Below are positions 36,573-49,300 of a stretch of DNA of 64,000 nt, one piece after another. The stretch's first letter is position 1. Every line of letters begins with the position of its first letter. The position numbers were made by a program, and so were the translations under genes. The DNA is from Centroscyllium fabricii (lineage: Eukaryota), in contig JBNRSN020000019.1 of the NCBI GenBank assembly GCA_051313645.2, forward strand, positions 6,200,001 to 6,264,000, given 5' to 3'. The notes under the pieces are model-generated. The model was not told the DNA's origin. It saw only the letters and a list, made by a program, of their open reading frames with translations, and ran no database searches.

Positions 36573-36705
36573 GCCCGAGATCGGCCAGTTGCTGCGGGAG
36601 GGGGGTCAGCCCGAGATCGGCCAGTTGCTGCGGGAGGGGGTTCAGCCCGAGATCGGCCAGTTGCTGCGGGAGGGGGTTCAGCCCGAGATCGGCCAGTTGC
36701 TGCAG
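36573..36705. repeat. 36-bp minisatellite, about 3.7 copies
   Basis: GCCCGAGATCGGCCAGTTGCTGCGGGAGGGGGTTCA starting at 36573, 36609, 36645 and 36681. Confidence 0.9.
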
Positions 36706-36926
36706 GAGGCGGAGAGATTTAGAGAGGGAATTCCAGAGCTTGGGGCCTAGGCCGCCAATGGTGGAGCGATTAAAATCGGGGATGCGCAAAAGGACAATTA
36801 TCCTCACATCTACTTGGAGTTCTCTGTATGAGTAATCCATTGGCTGTTTATCTGGTTAAAATCAGGTATTTGCCTCTGGTTGGGCGAGGACTTTTCTCAT
36901 GAACAACTACAACTTGTGTCACAGTA

Positions 36927-37607
36927 CAGGTTGTGCACCATTAATCCGGCACGGGCGGGACCAGGCCCATGCCGTGAAAGTGAAAAAACCAGGAGAATGA
37001 AGTTGGACAATGCGCATGCGTGCACCATTCAAAATGGCCGCACGCATGCAGATAACATTGGGAGTGGCTGGCGAGCGCATGCGCAGATCATCCAATAATG
37101 GCCGCCGCAAAGTTTTTTGACGGGCTCAGGCTTTTGTGGCGTTCCGTTTGCCTTTTAGGGCTGTTGGGCAGCAGTGAAAGGCCGGTCTTGCAGGGGGGAA
37201 GGAGGGTTGTGCGGGCGCGGGTCGGGCCCAGTAGGTCCGCCTTCCCTCTCCATCGCCTTTGGGGTTGCTGCTGCCGCCGAGCCGGACTCGGGCTGACAGC
37301 TGCTGCCTGGTGACTGTCCGCCTCAGTCAAGGGGCTCAGCTGTCGAGAAAATAACCGGCGGCCGTATTGAATTATCTGTGCATGCGCTAGCCGTCCGGCG
37401 ACGCATGCGCAGATCATTCAAAACACCCGGCAGCCGTTTTGAATGATCTGCGCATGCGCTCGCCGTTTGGCGGCGCATGCGCAGATCATTCGCCGAAGCC
37501 GCGATCGCGGCTGCCATCTTGCGCATGCGCAGTGCAGTCGGGGCAATTTGTGCCGGCAGACTGAAGCTGCCGCCGTTTCAGGTCACGGATTTTCGGTGCA
37601 CAACCTG
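36927..37607. mobile_element. Tc1/mariner (pogo/Tigger-type) MITE
   Basis: TIR CAGGTTGTGCACC / GGTGCACAACCTG; TA on both sides. Confidence 0.88.
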
Positions 37608-37646
37608 TACTTCAATCTCTCCTGAAGTCCTCAATGGAAAAACTCT

Positions 37647-38513
37647 GGTGTCAGTTTTCCCACAGGTGTGGGGAACTGGCGGGTTTCGGGTGGGTCAGGT
37701 TTCTGACACGAATGTTGAAGGGCCTGGGAGCCCCACACAATTTTGGCTCAATTTGCCAATTAATTCCCCGCATGTGGGAACCCTTGCCACTTGACTGTTT
37801 TCAGTCTGAAAGCTGGCGGGGTGCCGGCTGCTTAAAGACCAGAGCCCTGTTAGCCTAGTAAAAATCGCAGCCCTTGACTGACAGCTGTAGTAAGTTTCAA
37901 TGGCTAGTAGAAACACAGCCCTTGATGAACAGCTTTATGACATCACAACGCCTAGTAGCAACCACAACCCTTGACTGACAGCTGTAGTAAGTTTCAATGG
38001 CTACCTGCTGCAGCAGACCCATATCATTGACAGCTAATGAAGGGCTATCCGTCAAAGATTAAAAATCAGTTGCAAGGTGAGTTTCTGAAAGTTTTTTCCC
38101 CACTGATCTTATACACCCTGGGGATACAGTTAGCCCTCCTGCAGCCTGCTGGCCAGGGACGACTTCTGCTATCGCTGTTTGCATGTCATCCTTTGACTTG
38201 CAGCTGTTTGTCAGCAAGCTGATTGTGTCCCCGCCAGATTTCACCGGCAGGGTTTCAAGCTGGTGGGTTATGGGTGGGGAACTCCGGAAAATAGCAAGGG
38301 CACCTTAAAATGGCATTATACATGCCAATTAAGGGTCCTTAAGGACCTTAACGACCATTCCTGCCGGGCATGGGTGGGAAAGATTCGGGGCGGGCAGACA
38401 CGGTGGCGGAAAATCACAAAGCAGCGGGGATCTGGCGGGGGGAGGGGGGGTTTGCTATTATGCGCCCCGCCCCACCGGAAAACCCGCCTCACGGCCTGAG
38501 GAAAAATGACCCC
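37647..38513. mobile_element. Harbinger-type MITE
   Basis: GGTGTCAGTTTTCC...GGAAAAATGACCCC; homologous to 24295-25456. Confidence 0.8.
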
Positions 38514-38819
38514 ACTGTATCAAGTTTATTCTGAAGTAAAAAAGTTTACATTTGCCAACCTACACCTATCCCTTGCATAAGTCATAAATATCCCATGTAT
38601 ATATTTAACACCTTATCATGTCAAAACGCTTTGCACACAATATATTACTTTTGAAACACCGTGATATATTGATATATCGGCAAAGGCAGAAGCTATTCTT
38701 AGGAAAGTGGCATTGGAACAATTTTACTGTACTGGGGCATCGTGTTCTTGAAAAACTATTTCAAAAAATCTTTAACGGGGAGAAAGTTATTACTACCTGT
38801 GAGCAACAAAGGGTATAAT

Positions 38820-40142
38820 GGCCCAGAAATTCCACACATTGCATATCGGGTTTAAGCTCTGGTTCGAGCGCACCAGAGCTTAAACCCGCAGGAAGCTGCC
38901 GGTGCCCACGTTTCAGGCTTTCCTGTGCCGCCCAGCGGGGGGTCAGTGCTTCCTGCGAGGTCCATCGCAGGAAGCATCGAACTACAGGACCGCCCAGACT
39001 TTCCACTGGTTTTTTTAACTTTTTCTACGGACCAAGAGAAGAAAAATCAACGCTGGGAAAAAGCAGTCGTTAACACCCGTTTTCATCTGGTAAGTGTATA
39101 TTTTATTGATTCTAATTGTTGTTTTTTCAGGTTTTTAATTGTTGATAACGTTAAAGACAAGATGGCGGCGCGCATAGAGGCAACGACTTTGCGTCTCCCA
39201 GATTGATGGTGTCCCTGGTTCCCGCACTGTTCCTGGAGAGGACGGCGGGGTTGGTGGAGTAGAGCACCAGTGCTCCTCAATCGGAGCACCGGTGTTGACA
39301 CACCAAAGCCGTCGTGGTCGGAGCGCCGGGGTGTTGAGAGCAACGGGGCCGTCGGGGGCCAGGAGCTGCGAGGCCGTCGGGGGGGCGGGACCTGCGAGGC
39401 TGTCGGGGGCCGGGAGCTGCGAGGCCGTCGGGGGCCGGGAGCTGCGAGGCCGTCGGGGGCCGGGAGCTGCGAGGCCGTCAGGGGCCGGGAGCTGCGAGGC
39501 CGTCGGGGGCCGGGAGCTGCGAGGCCGTCGTGGCCGGAGCGCCGGGGCCTGCGTGGCCGGACACCGGGAGCATCGTGGCTGCAGCGCCCGGTCGTCCTGG
39601 TGGGATGGAATGGATCAGTCTGGGACTAAAGGACATTTTAATATCTTGGGAGATTGCATGTTTGCATTTCGTTGTATTGTGTATGTTCACTTTACAATGA
39701 CAATAAATTGAATTGAATTGAATTGAACAGGTAAGTATTTTTTTAGACCTGTTGGAAGTGAAAAAATGTTTCTGCAAATTTTTATTTTTTCTTTAAAATA
39801 GGTTATTTGTGTTAGTTGGGGTAATGTTTAAAAAATGTGGTGTTTGTAAAATTTTATTTGTGTGTTTAGGTGTCTTTTGAGATTCTCCCTTTTCAAAACT
39901 CGCACAGATTTCTCTGTGGAAGTTTTGAATGGAGAATTGCTTCCACTGATTGGCTCCCTGCCAATCAGCTGGTCTCAAAAGCCACTTCACACTAATTACG
40001 CCCTTCAGAACTCGCACGGAGCTCTGACAGGCAAGGCTAATGGGAATTACTCAGTGCAAAAAAGCAAAACTGAATATGGGCAATTAAAGTGCGTTAAGCA
40101 GCACTGCACCCGCATGAAAGGCTCCACTGCAATTTCTGTGCC
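38820..40142. mobile_element. Harbinger-type MITE (GGCCCAGAAATT family) with a nested insertion
   Basis: Near-identical to 46528-47258 apart from the insert at about 39156-39727. Confidence 0.88.
39156..39727 (+). mobile_element. Short non-autonomous non-LTR retroelement with an internal 25-bp minisatellite
   Basis: Starts AAGATGGCGGCG; about 7 copies of GGCCGTCGGGGGCCGGGAGCTGCGA (39347-39530); ends AATAAA(TTGAA)n; absent from the sister MITE. Confidence 0.75.
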
Positions 40143-40678
40143 ATTATAGTAAACATGACAATGAGTGCAGTTGAAAGAAAAAATGGCGTGATTGTGGGGC
40201 TATGTAATTTTGATGTCTGCAGTAGTTTACTTGTAATGTGGAGGTGCCGGTGTTGGACTGGGGTGGACAAATGCAAGAAGTCACACAACACCAGATTTAT
40301 AGTCCAACGGTCCAAGTTTACTTGGACAGCCATGGTAGGTGTGAATTTCTCAAATTTTAGAATGCAGGCTATTGAAGAGAAAGTCATAAGATAGATGATA
40401 AAGTAAATTTTCATTGTCTTGCAAATGTCTGGCCACACACGTGCAATACCATATAGGCTACTGTGTCTGACTGTACAGAGTCCTATCTGTGACAGTATGG
40501 ACGCGTATAGATATGTCTAAATCGATCAGTAAAATAGATCATATTGGATTCCAAATTCAGTTAAGACTGCAGATGGCCCTGAAAGTCCATGGGATTCTGT
40601 ACTCAACACCGAGTCTGCAAAAACTGAAAGAAATCCCACATCTGTGCTTCTTACACATGTTTTTGTTCCTGTTTCTAG

Positions 40679-40849
40679 TGCTCTGTACCATGTGGTCAAG
40701 GTATGCAAAACCGCAAGGTGCTGTGCGTCAACCACATCCAGGAGCAAATGGAAGAAAGTTACTGCAACTTTTCAACCAGGCCTCCTGCTCTGCAAAACTG
40801 TGTCACTGCACCTTGTGAATATGTCTGGATTACAGGGAAATGGTCACAG
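40679..40849 (+). CDS. adamts20: Internal exon encoding the next thrombospondin type-1 repeat, ADAMTS20-like (not recovered as such by the ORF track)
   Basis: TTTTTGTTCCTGTTTCTAG acceptor, CAG/GTAACG donor, 171 bp, phase 0-0: CSVPCGQGMQNRKVLCVNHIQEQMEESYCNFSTRPPALQNCVTAPCEYVWITGKWSQ; joins in frame to the 22741 exon (WQD|CSVPCG). Confidence 0.85.
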
Positions 40850-41314
40850 GTAACGATTATTTAGAACCTTGAAAGTGATGCTATTTTTGTGACATTTGTA
40901 ACATTCTCAAGACATATAATGGCCTTGAATTCATTACACAGTGACTACATTTCAAAAAGTACTTCATTGGCTGTAAAGCACTTTGAGATGTCCGGTGGTC
41001 GTGAACGGCGCTATATAAATGCAAGTCTTTCAATTCTTTCTTTATGGTCGGTATGACGCTGATCTGTCAAGTTCCGACTGCACATGGGCTTCACCAGCAC
41101 GTTGCACCTTCTCAATCAAATCAACGTGCTGGCGAAACGTTGGGCTAATTGCCCACCTACTGCAAATTAATTGCCCTGAAAATGTTTACATCTGGTGCAA
41201 GCAGACAAAGGAAGCCTGTTGCACAGTGTAATGGGAGGGCGATGAGAAAATTGTATTGCAAACCTTGCTGCTGTCACACAAAAAGCAAATATGTTTCCAA
41301 CAGATTAGATTATT

Positions 41315-42074
41315 GACCCAAAAATTAGCCTCGGAGCCTTGCCGCAGGTGCAAGCTTCAAACCTACCCTTACGGAGCACACCTGCCGTTGTTCTCTTCTG
41401 GGATTTGAAATCCCGATTTTCTGGCCAACTCCAAGCTCCACGCGCCATGCTGAGGCAACTCAGCATCGTAGTTACTGGGCAAGCTCCGCGCGGGACCACG
41501 TGGTCCGCGGGGAGCCAATCACTAACAAGGATCCTCCATTCCGAGCTGTCAAAGTTAATGAATTACTAGAGCCCCAAAAACACACTAAACAATAAAATAA
41601 ATGCAAAAAAACCCCACATTTTTTAACATTACTATTCCTAACATAAATTACCTATTTTAAACAAAAAATAAAAATTTTGAAAAAATATTTTATGTTTTTA
41701 ACTTGTCTAAAAAACTACTTACCTTTGTTTAAATTATTTAAAAATAAAAAAACCTGTGAAAGAAATACATACATTGAATAAAATAGAGACTTACCTGCTA
41801 AAAATGGGTAGTTACGGCTGATATTTTCAGTCGTATCTTTTCCGATACTTACCCTGATAAAAAAAAATTTAAAAACGGAATTGCACTGCGCACCTCCTGG
41901 TGCGCAGGCCAAGGCGTTCCAGCTTTTGACCCCCCCCGGAACCGGCATCGGAAGCACTGGTTCTGTGCGCATGCTCGGTGCACGCACAGAACCAGTACTT
42001 CCGAGGGCCGCACGCGGGAGTACCCGCTCCGTACTCACGTGTTTGGCCTCAGGGGCCATCGGAAAATCCGGGCC
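41315..42074. mobile_element. Harbinger-type MITE (distant GGCCC family member)
   Basis: GACCCAAAAATT...AAATCCGGGCC; TSD ATT. Confidence 0.7.
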
Positions 42075-42690
42075 ATTCATACTCACCCAAAGACATGCAG
42101 GTTAGGTGAATTGGAGATAATAGTTCTTAGAGTTGGGGTATCGGGAGATATGGGGAGAGGGTAGAGGGTAGGAGGGGGGTGCTGGGTTTGGATGATCAGC
42201 CATGATCTCATCAAAAATGGCGGAGCAGGCTCGAAGGGCCGAATGGCCTACTCCTGCTCCTATCTTCTATGTTTCTGTGTTTCTGTGAAAGAAAGGGATT
42301 ATGTCCATTATTCCAGCTGTGTTTTGCATTTAGCAATAGAGTTAATCTTGATTATTGGGTAGAAATAGTTTGAGAAAAGTGAATAGAGCTAATATCACAC
42401 CTACGTTTTATTAACGGACAATTGTTTTATGAGGTGAGCCATGGCCAGGATTGTCAAAACTCCCCCCTTTTAGAAGTCAGATGGGATCGGACTGGGTCAC
42501 CTTACCCGACCAGAAGTTGAAGGGTTCCCGCTTGGGGAAACGAGTTGCTCCCAGCAAAAGCTCACTGTGCATTTATGGCAGAAATAGTCTGAGTAAATAC
42601 TTGTTTCTATTCAGCAACAGAAGTTGTTGCAGAAAGAAAATTACAGACAAGTACAGGTAATCTTTAGAATCAGTGAGTGATAGAAACAAC

Positions 42691-43440
42691 GGGGGGATTT
42701 TTGGCTCCCCGTGAGGCTTGGTTTTTGGCGGATCGGACATCAAAACCACGGAGCCGGCGGGTCACGACACCCCGCCGGATCCCCGCCGCTTTGACATTTT
42801 CACCTGCCCTGACTCCCCACCCCGAAACCTTCCTGCCGGCGGGGATGGGTTGTCACCTCGTTAAGGGCCCTTAATTGGCATGTTTAATGCCATTTTAAGG
42901 GCCCTTCCGATTTTTCATTCCATTCCCACCCTAACCCCGCCAGCCTAAAACCCCACTGGGGAAACCCAGCGGGAGCACAGCGCTGTTCATTACTTTCTCC
43001 TTCAAGGTGCTGAAGGACATGCTGCAAAATTCTTGGCATGCCTTCTGCACCTTGGTGGGTACACTAGCTGTGGGCAAAAACGGAGAAATCTCAGCTTTGC
43101 ACATTTCCTGACAGCCGGTGCCGAGCTGTCAAGGATTCAGAGCCCGCCTGTCAGTCACCAGCACTTGACCTTTTCCATTGGTTCCACTCGACTGTGATGT
43201 CACAGTGGAGTGTTTCCATGGGAACTGTCAACAACCAGTGCTAGAACTGTCTGTCAAGGTGCGAGCAGCCTGCTGGAGCTCCGACTCGATTGAGTTCATT
43301 ACCACCGGCTGCCGGATGCGGTGATTTAATTACTCAATTAAATGAAAATTGTGTGGGGTTCCCAGGTCTTTGGGAGGTGGGACAGGAACACGCCCCGACC
43401 AATCCCTACCAGGTTCCCGCACTTCTGGCAAAATCCCCCC
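42691..43440. mobile_element. Harbinger-type MITE (poly-G family)
   Basis: TIR GGGGGGATTTT / AAAATCCCCCC. Confidence 0.85.
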
Positions 43441-43636
43441 CACATAAGGGGATTGGCTGAAAAGAGGGAGTAAGTGAAACATGTTCCACACATACTGCAA
43501 CTGTGTTCTAAACATGCATTTTGTGAAACAAAGAAGTAAATTTAAGAAGAAAGCTTACAGTGAACATTGAAAAGAAGCAAACACTTTAAAACAACAGAAA
43601 CTGGAAAAGTAAAAATAAAGAATTGAGCTCTGAGCA

Positions 43637-45280
43637 GTGGATGCATTGGTTGTCATCTTCCAAAATTCTATAGATTATGGAACAGTTCCGGCAAATGTAA
43701 CCCCACTATTTAAAAAAGGAGGGAAAGAGAAAACAGGGAACTACAGTAGCCTAATATCAGTAGTAGGGAAAATGCTAGAGTCTATTATAAAGGATGTGAT
43801 AACAGGACACTTAGAAAATATTAACGGGATTAGACAAAGTCAGCATGGATTTATGAAAGGGAAATTATGTTTGACAAACCTACTGGAGTTTTTTGAGGAT
43901 GTAACTAGTAGAATAGATAAGGAAGAACCAGTGGATGTGGTGTATTTGGATTTTCAGAAGGCCTTTGATAAAGTCCCACATAAGAGGTTAGTGTGCAGAA
44001 TTAAAGCACATGGGATTGGGGGTAATATACTGGCATGAATTGAAAATTGGTTAACATACAGGAAACAGAGAATAGGAATAAATGGGTCTTTTTCAGGGTG
44101 GCAGGCGGTGACTAGTGGGGTACCGCAGGGATCAGTGCTTCGGCCCCAGCTATTCCAATTGGCCCAGAAATTCGGGGGCCCAATGTGTGAGTTACAAGGG
44201 GTACTCACGCGTAGGCCCAACGAAAGTGCCGGTTTCGTGCATGCACTGCTCATACGTGGGAAACCGGAACTTCCGTTCCCCTGAAAAGAAGGGGTTAAGA
44301 GGTGGAATGTGTGCACGGGAAAGGCAGTGCGTGCGCATCGAGCTTACTTTTTTTTGCAGGTTTCTCCGGGAGGGTAAGTCTCCAGCAGCTACGCTTTTAA
44401 AATACAGTCGCAAGGCCAATTTTAACAAGGTAAGTGGTTAATTAATTAAAATTAAAACATTTTTGCCACAAGTTTATTATTTTTAAATACTTTAAAGAAA
44501 GGTAAGTTTATTTTTAGCCCCGTTAGAAAATGTAATTAATTTTTTTTAAAAATTAAATCATTGTTTAAAATAGTTAATTCATGTCATTTATAGTTATTTT
44601 AAAAATTTGATTTAAAAAAAAATGTATTTGAAGTTTTAGTTACGTTTTGGGGCTTATAGTATTTATAGGTTTGACAGCTCTTCCTGTCAAACTTATGAAT
44701 GAAGCTTTCCCTGCTACCACTGGCTCTCCATGGCCCACGTGATCCCAGGGGACGCACCATACTAACTGCGCCCCTGGGACACGCAAGCACTGCGCGCCAG
44801 CAGTTGGAGGAGGCCCAGGATCGCAATCCCACGCGGGCCCACAGCTCAACAGCCAACGTGCTAGGTAAGTGCAGGTCGGAGGCTTACACCCACGGGAAGC
44901 CTCCGACCCGAATTTCTGGGCCAATATATATCAATGATTTTGATATGTAATATTTCCAAGTTTACTGACGACACAAAACTAGGTGGGATTGTGAGTTGTT
45001 AATAGGATGCAAAGAGGCTTCAAGGCGACTTAGACAAGTTGAGTGAATGGGCAAATATATGGCAGATGCAGTATAACGTGGATAAATGTGAAGTTATCCA
45101 CTTTGGTAGGAAAAACAGAAAGGTAGTGTATTATTTAAATGGTGATAGATTGGGAAATGTTGATGTACAGAGGGACCTGGGTGTCCTTGTACACCAGTCA
45201 CTGAAAGCAAACAAGCAGGTGCAGCAAGCAGTTAGGAAGGAAAATGGTATGTTGGCCTTCATTGCAAGAGGATTAAAATA
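43637..45280 (+). pseudogene. CR1 LINE RT fragment split by a MITE (44161-44922)
   Basis: ANVTPLFKKG, QHGFMKG, VYLDFQKAFDKVPH, SGVPQGSVL, FTDDTK, WQMQYNVDKC; MITE TIR GGCCCAGAAATTCGG. Confidence 0.93.
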
Positions 45281-46527
45281 GCTTCACTGGGCTTGGGCCT
45301 ACTACAGGTGCAGACGCAGCAACGCTTCATGGAAATCCCAAGACAGCGCAGTGGGGACGGAGACTGACTTTACAAGTCTCCATCCATTTCTCCTCCGTCC
45401 ATTTCTCCAAGCACAGCGCAGAGGGAAATTTTCCCTGCTGTTGATTGGCCATGATAAATTGACCCTTAGTGTAAGGGGGATTGAATATGTGGGGTTACGG
45501 CGATAGGGTGGGATATGTGTCGGTGCAGGCTCGATAGGGATCGAGGGATATGGGGACAAGGCAGGGACAGGGTACTGGGTTAGGATGATCAGCCATGATC
45601 TCATTGAATGGCGGAGCAGGCTCGAAGGGCTGAATGGCCTACTCCTGCTCCTATCTTCTATGTTTCTTCCATGAGTGACACCACAGGAGATTCACTGACA
45701 ATACATGACAAGTCTTGTATATAGCGTGCAGTACACTTTAAAAGTGTGTGTTGCAGCCAAAAAAATCATGACCAAAAGATTACGGTCGGCGGCGTAGCTA
45801 CAGAGTACACTGCCGACGTCCGAAAAGAATACGAATTTACCTTGTGCGAGGCCCAGAACGTTGACTTGCTCTTCGGCGCTGCAGAGTTGTGAGTAGCGTA
45901 TTACATCAGGAAGGTCAGGAGCGCTGCATACAGCCTATCCATAAGGGACGACATGCCCACAAAATCTGTCATAACTAAACCATGCCCACAGAAACTTCTT
46001 TCAGTCTCTGCCATTGAAATTACACTTTAAAAACTTTTTTAAAACTTTTAATTAAACTGGTACTTGGACTTATTTCATACATCAGCATTTTGTTAAAATT
46101 ATGCAACAAAATACCAACAATAATTTGGCATCTGTTTTCCACTTGAAGATTAAAAAAGATATGGCCCAGAAATTCGGGTCGGAGGCTTCCCGCGGGTGCA
46201 AGCCCTGACCTGCACTTACCCAGCGCACCGGCCATTATTCTTTTAAGGCTAGCATTTCATATCCTGTCAAAGGTCCATTAGTGAAAAGAGATGTCGGATT
46301 GGGATGTAACAGCACTGAAAGGCGTTGGCAATGATCCTTTTGATTTACTATACACCATGCACGTAGCACACCAGTTGTGGGGCAGCTTTAAATATATTAA
46401 ATAAAATAATTTCATAGCAAAAGGGTTTTATTTCATACATTTGGAGGAAGTATAAATGACCTGTGCCAAATGCCCAATTCTTCATCGTACAATTGGAGTG
46501 CAGAAAACATTGATAATTTAAAATATT

Positions 46528-47258
46528 GGCCCAGAAATTCCATGCATCGCATATCGGGTTTAAGCTCTGGTGCGAGCGCACCAGAGCTTCAACCCGCAGG
46601 AAGCTGCCGTTGCGCACGTTTCAGGCTTTCCTGTGCCGGCCAGCGGGGGGATCAGTGCTTCCTGCGAGGTCCATCGCAGGAAGCATCGAACTACAGGACC
46701 GCCCAGACTTTCCACTGGTTTTTTTAACTTTTTCTACGGACCAAGAGAAGAAAAATCAACGCTGGGAAAAAGCAGTCGTTAACACCCATTTTCATCTGGT
46801 AAGTGTATATTTTATTGATTTTAATTGTTGTTTTTTCAGGTTTTTAATTGTTGATAACTTTAAAGATAGGTAAGTATTTTTTTAGACCTGTTGGAAGTGA
46901 AAAAAACTTTCTGCAAATTTTTATTTTTTCTTTAAAATAGGTTATTTGTGTTAGTTGGGGTAATGTTTAAAAAATGTGGTGTTTGTAAAATTTTATTTTT
47001 GTGTTTAGGTGTCTTTTGAGATTCTCCCTTTTCAAAACTCGCACAGATTTCTCTGTGGAAGTTTTGAACGGAGAATTGCTTCTACTGATTGGCTCCCTGC
47101 CAATCAGCTGGTCTCAAAAGCCACTTCGCACTAATTACGCCCTATGAAACTCGCACGGAGCTCTGACAGGCTGGGCTAATGGGAATTTCTCAGTGCAAAA
47201 AAGCAAAACTGAATATGGGCAATTAAAGTGCGTTAAGCAGCTCTGCAATTTCTGGGCC
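46528..47258. mobile_element. Harbinger-type MITE (GGCCCAGAAATT family)
   Basis: Perfect 12-bp TIR; TSD ATT. Confidence 0.9.
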
Positions 47259-48039
47259 ATTGTCATATTTTATATCTTTTCATGTTTCTAAATGTTGTCA
47301 CTCGGTACATGTATTTTATTGTGAAGTGATACCAGAACAGATAATAATCCTTTCGGACACACTCAAATGGGTTCCTTTCACAGTGAAATAAGCACCTGCG
47401 CCAATTTCACTGACCGCAACATTTTCAGATGTAATTGCTGGGCAGTTGGGGGGCAATTCGCGCAACTCTGCCCCAGAAATGAGTGCTTTCCCGTCGGGGC
47501 GGATCATCCGTCAGCGCGTTTTCTTGACAGATCGCCAGTTTGGGAGAAATCCCGAACTTGCGGTCAATTTCAAAGGCGGTAAGATGGCGTGCTGTCAGAG
47601 GACGCTGTCATACCCACCGCAAAATCTGCCCCTTTGTCTTTTCGATTGGTTCAAATTTCCCAGAAGCCAAAACAAGCGTTTTGCTTCTGTTGACATAATT
47701 TGATTGGCTGAACCAATTAAAACACGCTACCATTATCCACTTACAACCTTCTAGCATATGCAATAATTCACTGTGAGCAATCGATTGGAGATCCACGAGC
47801 AGTGGGTAACAAAGATGTAAATTAATCATCTGCTTTTACTGTGTAAATACTGTAATCACAAAATTCTACATTGTAACTATTCCAATTTGGGGGAATTCGA
47901 TTGATTTTATTTAACCACACTTAACTATAACCCTGAGACTGCTACAAACTATAACTTGGCCTAGTTCCATGCTATTGGTTTGGAAGAACAGACGATTTAC
48001 AAGGTGAAACTCATTTAAATCACTTTCTGGCCTGGGCTG

Positions 48040-48257
48040 TGTAATGATGTGATGTATGATGTATGCACTGTCAGGGGCTGGTGGACATGCTTTACAGCTG
48101 CAGTAAAGACACCAGCCTCTGAGTATAAAAGGAAGCCATCTTGACCACATGGTCAGAGTGCACAGAGCAGGCAATGTATTGAGACCTCATTAAAGTACAG
48201 GAGTGAATCTCATCTCGTGTGGCTCTCAGTAATTTACTGTAAGATAGTAACATTACA
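48040..48257 (+). mobile_element. Solo LTR (218 bp), a separate family
   Basis: Inverted termini TGTAATG...CATTACA; TATAAAA near 48124; ATTAAA near 48189; TSD GGCTG. Confidence 0.88.
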
Positions 48258-48284
48258 GGCTGACTCGCTAATGTCAGTCACTTC

Positions 48285-49113
48285 GGGGGGGATTTTGCTG
48301 GAAGGGTGGGAACCTGGCGGGGATTGGTCTGGGCTGCCTCCGGCCCTGCCCGCCCAAACAGCTGGGAAGGCCATGCAATTTTAGCTTAATTAGGTTGTTA
48401 AATCCCCGTCGGCGGCAGCGGGAGGTAATTAGGTCAATCGAGTCGGGCTGCATCGGAGCTGCGAGCAGTTTGATTGACAGTTCCAGCACTGGTTGTTGTC
48501 AGGTCCCATGGAAACCCTCCACTGTGACATCACAGTGGAGTGGAGCCAATGGGAAAGGCCAAGTACTGGTGACTGACAGGTGGGCGGGCGGGCTCCGAAT
48601 CCCTCACAGCGGCTGTGAGGACATGTTCAGAACTGAGATTTCTCAGTTTCTGTTAACAGCTGCTGGTGCAGGCAGAACGGAGTTACTTACTCCTCTAAGG
48701 TGCTGGAGGCATGCCAAGCATTTGGCAGCATGTCCTTCACACCTTGAAGGAGAAAGTAATAAATGCAAGAAGTCACACAACACCAGGTTATAGTCCAACA
48801 GTAATAACCAGTGCTGTGCTCCCGCTGGGTTTCACCCAGCAGGGTTTAGGGTGGCGGGGTTACGGCGGCAAACAGGGCAAAATGGCTGATGCCCTTAAAA
48901 TGGCATTAAAGATGCCAATTAAGGGCCCTTAATGAGGTGACAACCCATCCCCGCCGGTCGGCGGCGGGAAGGTTTCGGGGTGGGGAGTCTGGGCGGGCGA
49001 AAATGAGAAAGCAGCGGGGATACAGTGGGGAGGAGCGGGACCTGCCGGTTCTGCTATTTTGCTGGCCACGGCCGCCAAAAACCTCACCTCACGGGGACAT
49101 GAAAATCCCCCCC
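48285..49113. mobile_element. Harbinger-type MITE (poly-G family)
   Basis: TIR GGGGGGGATTTT / AAAATCCCCCCC; TSD TTC. Confidence 0.9.
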
Positions 49114-49264
49114 TTCAATTGCACGTCTGCAACAGAATTCCGAAACCCAGATTGCTAGTACAGGTACGATAGCAAAATACCGCGGATGCTGGAAATCTGA
49201 AATAACAACAGAAAACGCTGGGAAAACTCAGCAGTCCAGGCAACATCCGTGGAGAGAGAAATAG

Positions 49265-49300
49265 AGTCAACGTTTCGGGTCAAAACCCTTCATCAGGACT
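49265..49300 (-). ncRNA. Minimal type I hammerhead ribozyme
   Basis: AGTC-CTGATGA-A-GGGT(TTTG)ACCC-GAAA-CGTT-GACT; intact core. Confidence 0.85.

Noticed and set aside
45786-45818. GC-rich hairpin GTCGGCGGCGTA...TACACTGCCGAC
   Set aside because: Single copy, no Helitron-type CTRR end nearby and no other support.
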